Below, in pieces: positions 16,658-25,271 of a stretch of 64,000 bases of DNA. The position numbers were made by a program, and so were the translations under genes. This DNA is from an uncultured Candidatus Saccharibacteria bacterium (lineage in GTDB: Bacteria; Patescibacteriota; Minisyncoccia; Phycocordibacterales; CAYSCM01). Each line of letters opens with the position of its first letter. The first letter of the stretch is position 1. The notes beneath the pieces are model-generated. The model was given only the letters and a program-made list of their open reading frames with translations. It ran no database searches and was not told the origin of the DNA. The DNA lies in NCBI GenBank assembly GCA_964429815.1, contig CAYSCM010000003.1, positions 1 through 64,000 of the forward strand, given 5' to 3'.

Positions 16658-17965
16658 ATGCATGCTCTTATCGAATGGGTTAACGACAACCTTGGCATAA
16701 AAAGTTTTTATGCTGCGATTACGGTAGGCCTGCTACTGTTTGGGATTCTTCTTTTTATTTATCCCACGGCGATCATTATGGGACTCCAGTTTCTCATTGC
16801 GATCGCGCCCATTTGGCTTCCGTTTTTTGTCCTTCGCATCGGCTGGCACCTGTGGATGAACTATACACGTTCACGCTACATTTCAACGCTACGCTGGACT
16901 CTGTTAGAGATAAAACTTCCTCGTGAGGTCACCAAGTCCCCAAAAGCAATGGAAGCGGTGATCGAAGGATTCCACCTAGGGCCCGGAGAATCTACTTGGA
17001 TCAATCGATATCTTGAAGGGAGAGTTCGACCGTGGTGGTCCCTGGAGCTCGTCTCAACGGAGGGGAAGATTCACTTCTACATCCGGACGCAGGCTTTCTT
17101 TGCACCCCGCATTAAAAGCCAGATATTCGCCCAGTATCCTGAAGTGGAAATCGTCGAAGTAGAGGACTACACATGCTCCATCGAGTTTGACACGAGCGTG
17201 TGGAGCAGTTGGGGCTGTGATTTTCGCCTATCGGCCAAGGGAGGCAATGCCTTACCGCTTCGCTCCTATGTCGACTACGGGCTCGACAAAGACCCTAAAG
17301 AGGAGCATAAGGTCGACCCGCTCGCGCATCTTCTCGAAGTTTTTGGCGCCATCGGGCCCGGGGAGCACATGTGGATGCAGATCCTACTTCGTCAAAATAG
17401 GGACGAACTGCATGTTCCGGGTACCTTGGCGGAAAAACAGGGCATTCGCGACAAAGCCAAGGAGCTTATTGAGAAGATGAAAAAAGAAGCGACGCCAACG
17501 GTCGATGGAAAATCGACCGGGTACGTCAGTTTTACGCCGGGTCAAACCGAGATCGTGAAGGCGATCGAGCGGAAGATGGAGAAGCACCTTTTTGACGCAG
17601 GCATCCGCTTCATCTACCTGGCCGAGAAATCGCGTTTCTCACCGGTCCATATCTTCGCCGGCGCGAACGCGTTCAAGCAATTCAGCTCGCCGACGCTCAA
17701 TAGCCTTTCACCGACCCGGGGCGATGCTGAGTTCAATTACTCGTGGCAGGATTGGTTTGGTTACCACGATTTCGTCAAGCGCGAACACTTTGATTCCTAC
17801 ATCCGACGTGCGTTCTTCCACTATCCCTACAAGCGGGAGCCGTCGATTCTTTCGACCGAAGAGCTCGCGACCATCTATCATCTTCCGAGCGCTACCATTC
17901 AGACCCCCACCGTCGAACGCATTCCCTCGCGTCGAGGTGAAGCTCCCTTTAATCTCCCTGTATAG
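16658..17965 (+). CDS. hypothetical membrane-anchored protein (2 N-terminal TM and about 350-aa soluble domain)
   Basis: 435 aa. No Walker motif and no recognisable family. Confidence 0.55.
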   Translation: MHALIEWVNDNLGIKSFYAAITVGLLLFGILLFIYPTAIIMGLQFLIAIAPIWLPFFVLRIGWHLWMNYTRSRYISTLRWTLLEIKLPREVTKSPKAMEAVIEGFHLGPGESTWINRYLEGRVRPWWSLELVSTEGKIHFYIRTQAFFAPRIKSQIFAQYPEVEIVEVEDYTCSIEFDTSVWSSWGCDFRLSAKGGNALPLRSYVDYGLDKDPKEEHKVDPLAHLLEVFGAIGPGEHMWMQILLRQNRDELHVPGTLAEKQGIRDKAKELIEKMKKEATPTVDGKSTGYVSFTPGQTEIVKAIERKMEKHLFDAGIRFIYLAEKSRFSPVHIFAGANAFKQFSSPTLNSLSPTRGDAEFNYSWQDWFGYHDFVKREHFDSYIRRAFFHYPYKREPSILSTEELATIYHLPSATIQTPTVERIPSRRGEAPFNLPV

Positions 17966-17967
17966 TT

Positions 17968-19005
17968 ATGTTTTCTCGCATTTCTGCCGCGGCATCGGGT
18001 TCGTTTCGTGTTGCCGTGAATGCGTGTGGAAAAGTAATCTCGCATTCGGGTGCGCTGCTACATCGACGTATAGCGCTCTGGGGGAGTGCGCTTGCAGCAT
18101 TTCTGCTTCTGAGTCTCTGGCAAGGAGCTCTTGCCTCTCCGGCTCAATTTCCGACGAATATGCTTGTGAAGATCAAGAAGGGAGAAACTCTCTCTGAAGT
18201 CGCCGGCGAATTCGAGCAACTCCATATCGTACGCTCGACACTTGCGTTCAAAACGTTGCTGGTAATGCTCGGTGGAGAACGCGGGGTCATCGCGGGTTCC
18301 TACGTTTTCCATGAACCAGCGACTTCCTTCACCATCGCGCGCCTCGTCACTTCGGGAGCGTACGGTTTGGAGCTCAGACGAGTGACCATTCCCGAGGGTC
18401 TGAACAACACGGAGGTGGCGGCTGTGCTCAAGAGTGCGTTCATCGATTTTGACGACGCGAGTTTCCTTATTGATGCAAAACCGTACGAGGGATATCTATT
18501 TCCAGATACGTACTTTTTCTATGAGGATGTAACGCCGACACAGGTGATCACCGCGATGCGCAGCAACTTTGATGAGCATCTAAAGGGACTTTCCCCGGAT
18601 ATTGCCGCATTTGGCCGACCCCTTTCACAGATCATCATCATGGCTTCGCTCGTAGAGGAGGAGGCACGGACCCCCGAGGTACGCAAAACCATAGCCGGCA
18701 TTCTCTGGAAAAGACTCGACAAGAAGATGCCGCTTCAGGTAGACGCCGTTTTTACCTATCTCCTCGGCAAATCGGGCCTCACACTTACGTCGGAGGACCT
18801 TACGACGAACTCGCCGTACAACACCTATACGCACGCCGGTTTCCCGCCCGGACCCATCGCAAATCCGGGCTCCGAAGCAATTTCCGACGCGCTCCACCCG
18901 ATAGCCACGCCGTACTACTTTTATATCACCGATAGAGCTGGGCTCATGCACTACGCGACTACGTACGCACAGCACAAAGCCAACATTGCTGCCTACCTTC
19001 GATGA
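17968..19005 (+). CDS. mltG: endolytic murein transglycosylase MltG (YceG family)
   Basis: N-terminal anchor, conserved SPYNTYTHAGFPPGPIANPG and C-terminal YYFYI motif of YceG/MltG. Confidence 0.85.
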   Translation: MFSRISAAASGSFRVAVNACGKVISHSGALLHRRIALWGSALAAFLLLSLWQGALASPAQFPTNMLVKIKKGETLSEVAGEFEQLHIVRSTLAFKTLLVMLGGERGVIAGSYVFHEPATSFTIARLVTSGAYGLELRRVTIPEGLNNTEVAAVLKSAFIDFDDASFLIDAKPYEGYLFPDTYFFYEDVTPTQVITAMRSNFDEHLKGLSPDIAAFGRPLSQIIIMASLVEEEARTPEVRKTIAGILWKRLDKKMPLQVDAVFTYLLGKSGLTLTSEDLTTNSPYNTYTHAGFPPGPIANPGSEAISDALHPIATPYYFYITDRAGLMHYATTYAQHKANIAAYLR

Positions 19006-19039
19006 TTGCTATCAGGCATCGTTTTGCTAAGGTTGGCGA

Positions 19040-20113
19040 ATGAGCGAGGGGAGGGGTGCGAGCGTATTCGTCGCAATGTCGGGTGGGGTCGATTCGTCGC
19101 TTTCGGCCGCGCTCCTTGTCGAGCAGGGCTACGAAGTGACCGGCGTTTTTTTGCGCGGGTGGGAGCCTGAGGGGATGCCTTGCTCGCAAATCGACGATAG
19201 AGCCGATGCCATCCGAGTGGCAGCGAAACTCGGTGTCCCCTTCATAACCCTCGATGTCTCGGAGCTCTACAAGCGGCAGGTCATAGATGAAATGCTCGAC
19301 GGCTACGCTCGTGGCGAGACTCCGAATCCGGACGTTCTTTGCAACAAGCACATCAAGTTCGGCGCCTTTTTCAATGAAGCGGTCGCTCGCGGCGCCGCGT
19401 ATGTCGCAACTGGGCACTACGCACGTGTTATCGAAAGGGCTGGAACGTTCGAGCTCCATGCCGGCATGGATGCGAACAAGGACCAGAGCTATTTCCTTTG
19501 GACGCTCACGAAGCGGGAGCTCTCGCGGACGCTTTTTCCCGTTGGAGAATTCACGAAGACTCAAGTTCGGACGATGGCGGCCGCACGGGGACTTCCGACA
19601 GCGGCGAAGAAAGATAGTCAAGGTCTCTGCTTTCTAGGCTCTATCGATGTAAAGGAATTTCTTTCGCGCGAACTTGGATTGCGCAGCGGAGTGGTGCTTG
19701 ACGAGCGAGGCAGGGCCATCGGCGAGCATCCCGGAGCGCATCTCTTTACCGTTGGGGAGCGGCACGGTTTTGGGAGTCCGCGTGCTTCCGGCGCGCGCGA
19801 GCCTCTCTATGTTATTCGAAAAAATACTACAGAAAACACCCTCACCGCCGCGCCGGCAGAGGCTCTGCATCTTCGAGCAAGGGGGAGATTGCGCGACATC
19901 AACTGGATCGCGCCGGAGCCGCCGGCCACGGGGGCTACCTTAGCGGGACGGTTCCGCTATAGGCAGCCACTTTCAATGTTCCTCATTGAGCGAGAGGGTG
20001 AGATCATACGCGTAAGCTCACGAGAGCTCCTATCACATGGGTTGCCTATCGGCCAATCGCTGGTGCTGTACGAGGGAGAGCGCTGCCTTGGCGGAGGGAT
20101 ACTTGCCCCGTAG
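19040..20113 (+). CDS. mnmA: tRNA-specific 2-thiouridylase MnmA
   Basis: PP-loop SGGVDSS, catalytic Cys in CNKHIKFG, ATGHYAR motif, 357 aa. Confidence 0.9.
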   Translation: MSEGRGASVFVAMSGGVDSSLSAALLVEQGYEVTGVFLRGWEPEGMPCSQIDDRADAIRVAAKLGVPFITLDVSELYKRQVIDEMLDGYARGETPNPDVLCNKHIKFGAFFNEAVARGAAYVATGHYARVIERAGTFELHAGMDANKDQSYFLWTLTKRELSRTLFPVGEFTKTQVRTMAAARGLPTAAKKDSQGLCFLGSIDVKEFLSRELGLRSGVVLDERGRAIGEHPGAHLFTVGERHGFGSPRASGAREPLYVIRKNTTENTLTAAPAEALHLRARGRLRDINWIAPEPPATGATLAGRFRYRQPLSMFLIEREGEIIRVSSRELLSHGLPIGQSLVLYEGERCLGGGILAP

Positions 20114-20165
20114 TGTGGAGAAACTACACAGAGTCGATGTGAAAGGGGCTATACTGTAGGTACCC

Positions 20166-20615
20166 ATGATCCTCAATCGGTTAGTGCCGATCCTTCTTGC
20201 CGTCGTTCTGATACTGGTGTTTGCATACGTCGCACTCGGTGCGGTCTACGGCGTCAATTGTCCATGGCAGTTTTGTAAATCTCCGGCTCTATCGACTCAG
20301 GCGACTCAGGGTGCCCAGGCGGTGGCGCTTAAGTACTATCATGTAGATGGAAATTACCACGTGCTCGGGAAAGTCGATGCGCTGCCCCCGTGCACGTGGC
20401 TTTACACAAACACCATGGGCGGGCTGACCGACCCTCTGATCATCGCCCTTCGTACGCAAAGTGCCACATCGGGCTGCAAAGAGCACGTGACGGTGCAGAC
20501 CTTTTATGTCGAGGCGGATAGGAGCGGCGAGGTACCCATACGGGTGACGCTCAATGATTCCCCCGTGCCCGCCGCTCTCCAGCAGGTGGAAAGCGAATCG
20601 AGCCTTTCCTTTTAG
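20166..20615 (+). CDS. hypothetical secreted/membrane-anchored protein with 4 Cys
   Basis: N-terminal hydrophobic anchor, 149 aa. No family assigned. Confidence 0.5.
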   Translation: MILNRLVPILLAVVLILVFAYVALGAVYGVNCPWQFCKSPALSTQATQGAQAVALKYYHVDGNYHVLGKVDALPPCTWLYTNTMGGLTDPLIIALRTQSATSGCKEHVTVQTFYVEADRSGEVPIRVTLNDSPVPAALQQVESESSLSF

Positions 20616-20617
20616 TC

Positions 20618-21472
20618 ATGGCGCATGCAAGTATCCTCATCGAGAAGGAGGATGGTTCCCGCGAGCCTTTTGTCGTAGAAAAGTTGCGCACCTCGCTGCA
20701 TAAAGCGGGGGCGAACGGGCGTACGGTCGACAACATCGCCGCTCACATCGAGCGGGAACTTCGCTCCGGAATGCGCAGCGTCGATATCTACAAGCACGCG
20801 TTCGAGATATTACGGAAATCCGAACTCATCGCAGCGAGCCGCTACTCGATGAAGCGTGCCGTCTTCGAGTTGGGGCCGACCGGATTTCCGTTCGAGGATT
20901 TTCTTGCGGAAATATTCCGCGCCAAGGGTTGGGACGTTCATACACGACAACTTATGCGCGGCGCGTGCGTCACGCACGAGGTCGATCTCATCGCTCGGAA
21001 CGGCGATGTAGTGGTCGGCGGCGAGGCGAAATTCCATAACGACCTTGGCATCAAGAGCGATCTTAAAGTAGCGCTCTATGTCGAAAGCCGATTTCAGGAT
21101 CTCAGGGAGAGACCGATCCAACTTTTTGAAGGAAAAGCACTTGCGGAGTATTGGCTCATCACCAACACTAAGTTCACGAGCGAAGCGGTCGAGTACGGCC
21201 GATGCCGGGGTATGACCCTCATCTCATGGAACTATCCCTCTCAGGGAAACCTACAAGCGCTGATCGAAGAAACCGCCATTTTCCCTGTCACCGCGCTCTC
21301 ACAGATCTCGCGCACCGATCGGATGAGATTGGTTAAAGAAGGGCTGGTACTGTGCCGTGACATCTTGCGCCGCCCCGAACGGCTTGCGGAGCTTGGCTAC
21401 AAGAAAGGAAAGGCCGAGGCCATCATTGGGGAGGCGCGCTCATTGTGCGACATCACTCACCAGGTACAATGA
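20618..21472 (+). CDS. ATP-cone domain fused to PD-(D/E)XK (Mrr-like) nuclease domain protein
   Basis: N-terminal ATP-cone-like segment (ILIEKEDGSREPFVVEKLRTSLHKAG, as in NrdR/RNR). Central D...E-x-K core (HEVDLIARNGDVVVGGEAK) typical of restriction-endonuclease-like folds. Confidence 0.6.
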   Translation: MAHASILIEKEDGSREPFVVEKLRTSLHKAGANGRTVDNIAAHIERELRSGMRSVDIYKHAFEILRKSELIAASRYSMKRAVFELGPTGFPFEDFLAEIFRAKGWDVHTRQLMRGACVTHEVDLIARNGDVVVGGEAKFHNDLGIKSDLKVALYVESRFQDLRERPIQLFEGKALAEYWLITNTKFTSEAVEYGRCRGMTLISWNYPSQGNLQALIEETAIFPVTALSQISRTDRMRLVKEGLVLCRDILRRPERLAELGYKKGKAEAIIGEARSLCDITHQVQ

Positions 21473-21475
21473 GCG

Positions 21476-22004
21476 TATGAAGGTGACTCGCGAGGTCTAT
21501 ATCGGCTTTAGCGCAGGTGTGCTGATCGGCGCCCTGGTGATGTACGCAGCTCTTTCTTTTCGGGGCACTCTGACGAACACGTCGTCATCATCAGGCCCTT
21601 CAGCCTCAACCAAAGCGACCGACACGCTGGCGCACAATGCGCTCGATAGTGCTGGTCTTGGCGGGGAGGACAGAGGATATGCGCTCCGCACATTCGATCA
21701 GCCAGCGGGGGAGCATGTTAGCGTCTCCTACCGCCTGCCGGAGGAGGCTTGGATCGCCATACGCGAAGACAACAATGGCGCGTCGGGGCGTATTCTTGGG
21801 GCACGATTGTTTGCGGCAGGAAGCGGGAGCGGAGAGATTCCGTTGCTTCGCCCCACGGTCCCCGGTTCCACTTACCAAGCGCTACTCTATCGAGATAACG
21901 GGAATCGGCAGTTTGAGTATCACGTCGACCTCCTGATCATGAGCGCTGTAAACGCTCCGATAGAAAGCACCTTTCAGGTAAACGGCGGCAGTGCCGGCAG
22001 GTAA
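21476..22004 (+). CDS. hypothetical membrane-anchored protein
   Basis: Start at MKVTREVY just after the previous stop (the track ORF 21357.. is an upstream extension). Single TM and periplasmic domain. Confidence 0.5.
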
Positions 22005-22470
22005 TATGCCGTTGGACCCCAACATTCTCGTATTCGGAAAGCTGCTTCTCGCGACGGTGTTGGGACTTCTCCTTGGCATAGAACGCACCGTCGCCCACAA
22101 GAGCGCGGGTATGCGCACCTACGCGCTCGTGACGCTCGGCTCGGCGCTTTTCGTGTCGATCGGGGAGCTTCTCAACGCGTTATACCTTCAATTGCCCGCC
22201 TTTAATCCCGCATTCATCGCCGGGAACGTTATCGTCGGCATCGGCTTCATCGGCACCGGGCTCGCCATGATGCATCGAGATAGCAGCGTGAATGCCGGCG
22301 TTACGACCATCGCAGGCATCTGGGTTTCGGCAGGCGTTGGCATTGCGGTCGGGCTTGGTTTCTATGAAGTGGCCATCTTTACGACCTTTCTTACGCTTTT
22401 CATTTTCACGGTCATCTGGTTCCTGGAACATCGCTACATCCGCCATGACGGTGACAGCTATCGGCCATAG
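21991..22470 (+). CDS. MgtC/SapB family membrane protein
   Basis: Residues in LGIERTVAHKSAGMRTYALVTLGSALF and the downstream Gly-rich TM segments match the MgtC family. Start may be MPLDPN at 22006. Confidence 0.75.
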   Translation: MPAGNMPLDPNILVFGKLLLATVLGLLLGIERTVAHKSAGMRTYALVTLGSALFVSIGELLNALYLQLPAFNPAFIAGNVIVGIGFIGTGLAMMHRDSSVNAGVTTIAGIWVSAGVGIAVGLGFYEVAIFTTFLTLFIFTVIWFLEHRYIRHDGDSYRP

Positions 22471-22516
22471 AAGGCACTTGTGGCAGGCGATTTTTCCGTT
22501 GTGCTAAACTAACCCG

Positions 22517-23341
22517 ATGGGTTTTGGCGGCAGGTACAAGGTGCGCTCCAGAGTGTATGAGCCTGGAGGAAAAACGCCGTACCGGATAAGCCGCTCCAAG
22601 ATCGACCTCTTCCAAGAGTGTCCGCGCTGTTTTTGGCTCGACCAGCGCTTTGGTGTGGGGCGTCCGGATATGCCCGCATTCTCCCTCAACGTCGCAGTCG
22701 ACGAGCTTCTCAAGCGCGAATTTGATGTTCATCGCGTCAATGGTACGCCACATCCCCTCATGAAGGCGTATGGACTCGATGCAGTGCCTTTTTCTCACAC
22801 AAAGCTCGAGCTGTGGCGCGACGCGCTTCGAAACGGCATTGAATATCTCCATCCTGAGACCAATCTTTCTGTGCGTGGCGGCATCGATGACGTGTGGGTA
22901 ACGCCCCAAAACGAGCTCCTCATCGTCGACTACAAAGCAACCAGCAAACGCAAGGAGATCGAGCTCTACGACCACTACAAACGGCAGGTTGAGGTATACC
23001 AGTGGCTCTTCCGCAAGAACGGGTTCAAGGTCTCCGATACTGCCTACTTCGTCTATGTCAACGGTAACGCAGGTGCGCCCGCGTTTGATGGGAAACTCGA
23101 GTTCGATGCAGAGCTTATTGCACATAAGGGCGACGACTCCTGGATCGAGGGGACGCTTCGAAAAATCAAAGATGTCCTAGAGGGCGACGACATTCCTGCG
23201 GTCGGAGAATGTGATTACTGTCCGTATCGGGAGGCGGCCGGAAAGACCCTATATGCTAAAATGAAAAAGCCTAAGAAATTACCAGGATCTAAAATGATAA
23301 AGCATGAAAAGGCCTCTGAGTCGACCGGTAGTCTCTTCTAA
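22517..23341 (+). CDS. PD-(D/E)XK nuclease, Cas4/RecB-nuclease-like with 4-Cys cluster
   Basis: N-terminal CPRCFWLD and C-terminal GECDYCPY cysteines. Catalytic IDDVW...LIVDYKATS (D...D/E-Y-K). Stand-alone; no cas genes nearby. Confidence 0.65.
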   Translation: MGFGGRYKVRSRVYEPGGKTPYRISRSKIDLFQECPRCFWLDQRFGVGRPDMPAFSLNVAVDELLKREFDVHRVNGTPHPLMKAYGLDAVPFSHTKLELWRDALRNGIEYLHPETNLSVRGGIDDVWVTPQNELLIVDYKATSKRKEIELYDHYKRQVEVYQWLFRKNGFKVSDTAYFVYVNGNAGAPAFDGKLEFDAELIAHKGDDSWIEGTLRKIKDVLEGDDIPAVGECDYCPYREAAGKTLYAKMKKPKKLPGSKMIKHEKASESTGSLF

Positions 23342-23654
23342 CAAAACTCTCAACACTGATTTTGCGCGACACGTGTTTGCCATTGTCGCAAAAATCCCAA
23401 AGGGCAGAACCATGACCTACGGACAGGTCGCAGAGGCGGCTGGACGCCCAGGCGCTTCGCGGGCAGTGGGAAACATTCTTTCGACCAATTGGGATCCGGA
23501 GATCCCTTGTCATCGCGTCATTCGCGCCGACGGTAAAATGGGCGGCTACAATCGCGGCACCGAGCGAAAAAAGGAGATACTAACGGATGAACGTCGAGGA
23601 GTGGTGCAAGCCTCCGTAAGGCTCGCTCATCAATCGAAGAACTTTATAAGGTAG
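23304..23654 (+). CDS. methylated-DNA-[protein]-cysteine S-methyltransferase DNA-binding domain protein (MGMT/Ogt-like)
   Basis: YGQVAEAAGRPGASRAVG and the active-site PCHRVI motif. The 5' end overlaps the previous gene by about 38 nt. Confidence 0.8.
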   Translation: MKRPLSRPVVSSNKTLNTDFARHVFAIVAKIPKGRTMTYGQVAEAAGRPGASRAVGNILSTNWDPEIPCHRVIRADGKMGGYNRGTERKKEILTDERRGVVQASVRLAHQSKNFIR

Positions 23655-24517
23655 GTGTCGATCGCGCGCTGGGGGAGGTCATAGAAATGGACATTCTCGT
23701 CGCGAAGCTTCTTTGCAAGCTCCAGTCCGACGTAACGCCAGTGCCAGGGCTCATACGCAAAGTAGCCGTTCCCTTTGGGGTATGAGAGTTCAAACCCATA
23801 CTCATAGGCGTGCGCGGAGAGCCAGGCGTAGGCATCGGATTTATCGAAGCCGGAAAGATTCTGCCCAAGTATCTTGGTCGTAAAATCAACTGTCGTTCCA
23901 AGTTGATGCTCGGAGTAACCCTGATCCGCAGAAAAGGAATTAGCTGTGCCAGCGCCGTAGGTGAGTTTGTACCCGGTCTTAAGGGCGGCTTGTTGGCCAA
24001 AAGAGCGATAAGCAGAGAGTACCTGAAGGTTGCTCGTGGCGGCCCGGGCGGCATTGAGGAGGGAGTAAAGGTGTCCGATGACGCCGGTAAGATATTGCTC
24101 CGATTTGTCAGGGCGGTTCAGGTATTGCGTGTCTATGGGCGTGAGGCTCTTCGGGATATAATTTTCGTTCAAAAAATAAACAGCCGAATATTTTTCCAAA
24201 AGCTCTTTGTCGGTGCTGGTGAGCTTGTTGAGCGTATCGACGGTCGTTGACAGGCCTTGTATTTGGCCGGTATAGATCTGAAGTTGCTCGACGCGGGAGG
24301 CAAGCAGGGTCTTAAGGTCGCTGTTTTCAATGTTTGCGGCAGAAAGCTGCTCTGCAAGCTGCTGCGAGTCGCGGGTGAGGCTTTGATTGATAACAAGCTC
24401 AGCTTGGTAGAGCGCGTGGTAGCGGTAGAGGCCGTATCCAATAGCGCCAAGCGCGATGATAAAGACCACTACAACGGCACGCGTCCTGGTTCCGGTGAGC
24501 ATCTTGCCGCTGAGCAT
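23630..24517 (-). CDS. D-alanyl-D-alanine carboxypeptidase, peptidase M15B (VanY-like)
   Basis: N-terminal anchor, coiled-coil, then SEHQLGTTVDF and EPWHWRYVG zinc-binding motifs of VanY/M15. Confidence 0.8.
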   Translation of the reverse strand: MLSGKMLTGTRTRAVVVVFIIALGAIGYGLYRYHALYQAELVINQSLTRDSQQLAEQLSAANIENSDLKTLLASRVEQLQIYTGQIQGLSTTVDTLNKLTSTDKELLEKYSAVYFLNENYIPKSLTPIDTQYLNRPDKSEQYLTGVIGHLYSLLNAARAATSNLQVLSAYRSFGQQAALKTGYKLTYGAGTANSFSADQGYSEHQLGTTVDFTTKILGQNLSGFDKSDAYAWLSAHAYEYGFELSYPKGNGYFAYEPWHWRYVGLELAKKLRDENVHFYDLPQRAIDTYLIKFFD

Positions 24518-24539
24518 TGAAAAAATTGTATCAAGTAAG

Positions 24540-25217
24540 TCAGCGCCAATCTATGGGTTCGCGTCCGTGCTTCTCGAGATAGTCATTAGCTTCCTTGAAA
24601 TGGTTATTCCCGAAAAACCCCTTGTGCGCGGAGAGTGGGGAGGGGTGGGCGGATTTGAGCACCAGGTGTTTCTCCCAGTCGATAAGGGCTTCCTTCTTGC
24701 CAGCAAACGCTCCCCAGAGCATAAAAACCACATTCACGCTGGCAGCTGAAATTGCTCGAATGACAGCATCGGTGAACAGGTGCCAGCCGTAGTCGGCATG
24801 AGAGTTGGCCTCACCGGCGCGCACCGAAAGCGAAGCGTTGAGGAGAAGCACTCCCTGCCTTGCCCAGCGTGTAAGATCCGGGCTTCGCTCACAGGCAATG
24901 CCGAACTCCGCCTCGATTTCTTTGAACATGTTTTGAAGTGAGGGAGGAATTGTGTTTTTCTCAAAGCTTGAAAACGCCAGACCATCGGCGACACCGGGGG
25001 TGTGATAGGGGTCTTGGCCGAGAATAACCACTTTGATGTCTTCAGGCTTACACAGCTCAAATGCACGGAAAATGCGGCTCGGGTGGGGAAATACTTTTTC
25101 GGCTAAATACTCTGCCCGAACACGCTCACTGAGCTCCTGAAAGTAGGGTTTGCCGAATTCCTCCGTAAGAAGTTTTCGCCACTCCGGCGCGATTTTTACA
25201 TTCGGAGCGGCTCCCAT
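24540..25217 (-). CDS. ung: uracil-DNA glycosylase (family 1)
   Basis: Water-activating GQDPYH motif and HPSPLS DNA-intercalation loop, 225 aa. Confidence 0.9.
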   Translation of the reverse strand: MGAAPNVKIAPEWRKLLTEEFGKPYFQELSERVRAEYLAEKVFPHPSRIFRAFELCKPEDIKVVILGQDPYHTPGVADGLAFSSFEKNTIPPSLQNMFKEIEAEFGIACERSPDLTRWARQGVLLLNASLSVRAGEANSHADYGWHLFTDAVIRAISAASVNVVFMLWGAFAGKKEALIDWEKHLVLKSAHPSPLSAHKGFFGNNHFKEANDYLEKHGREPIDWR

Positions 25218-25271
25218 GGAGGTAGTCTAGCAGGCTTTCTCGCTACTGCGTGGGAAGGTATACTCCTTGCC

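Noticed and set aside
15553-16698. 381-aa ORF on the - strand
   Set aside because: It lies entirely antisense to the sigma-r4/HARE-HTH gene, which has clear motifs and its own terminator. It is Arg/Leu/Ala-rich, as expected for antisense frames of GC-rich coding DNA.
22412-23125. 237-aa - strand ORF
   Set aside because: Antisense to the Cas4-like nuclease gene, which has catalytic and Cys motifs.
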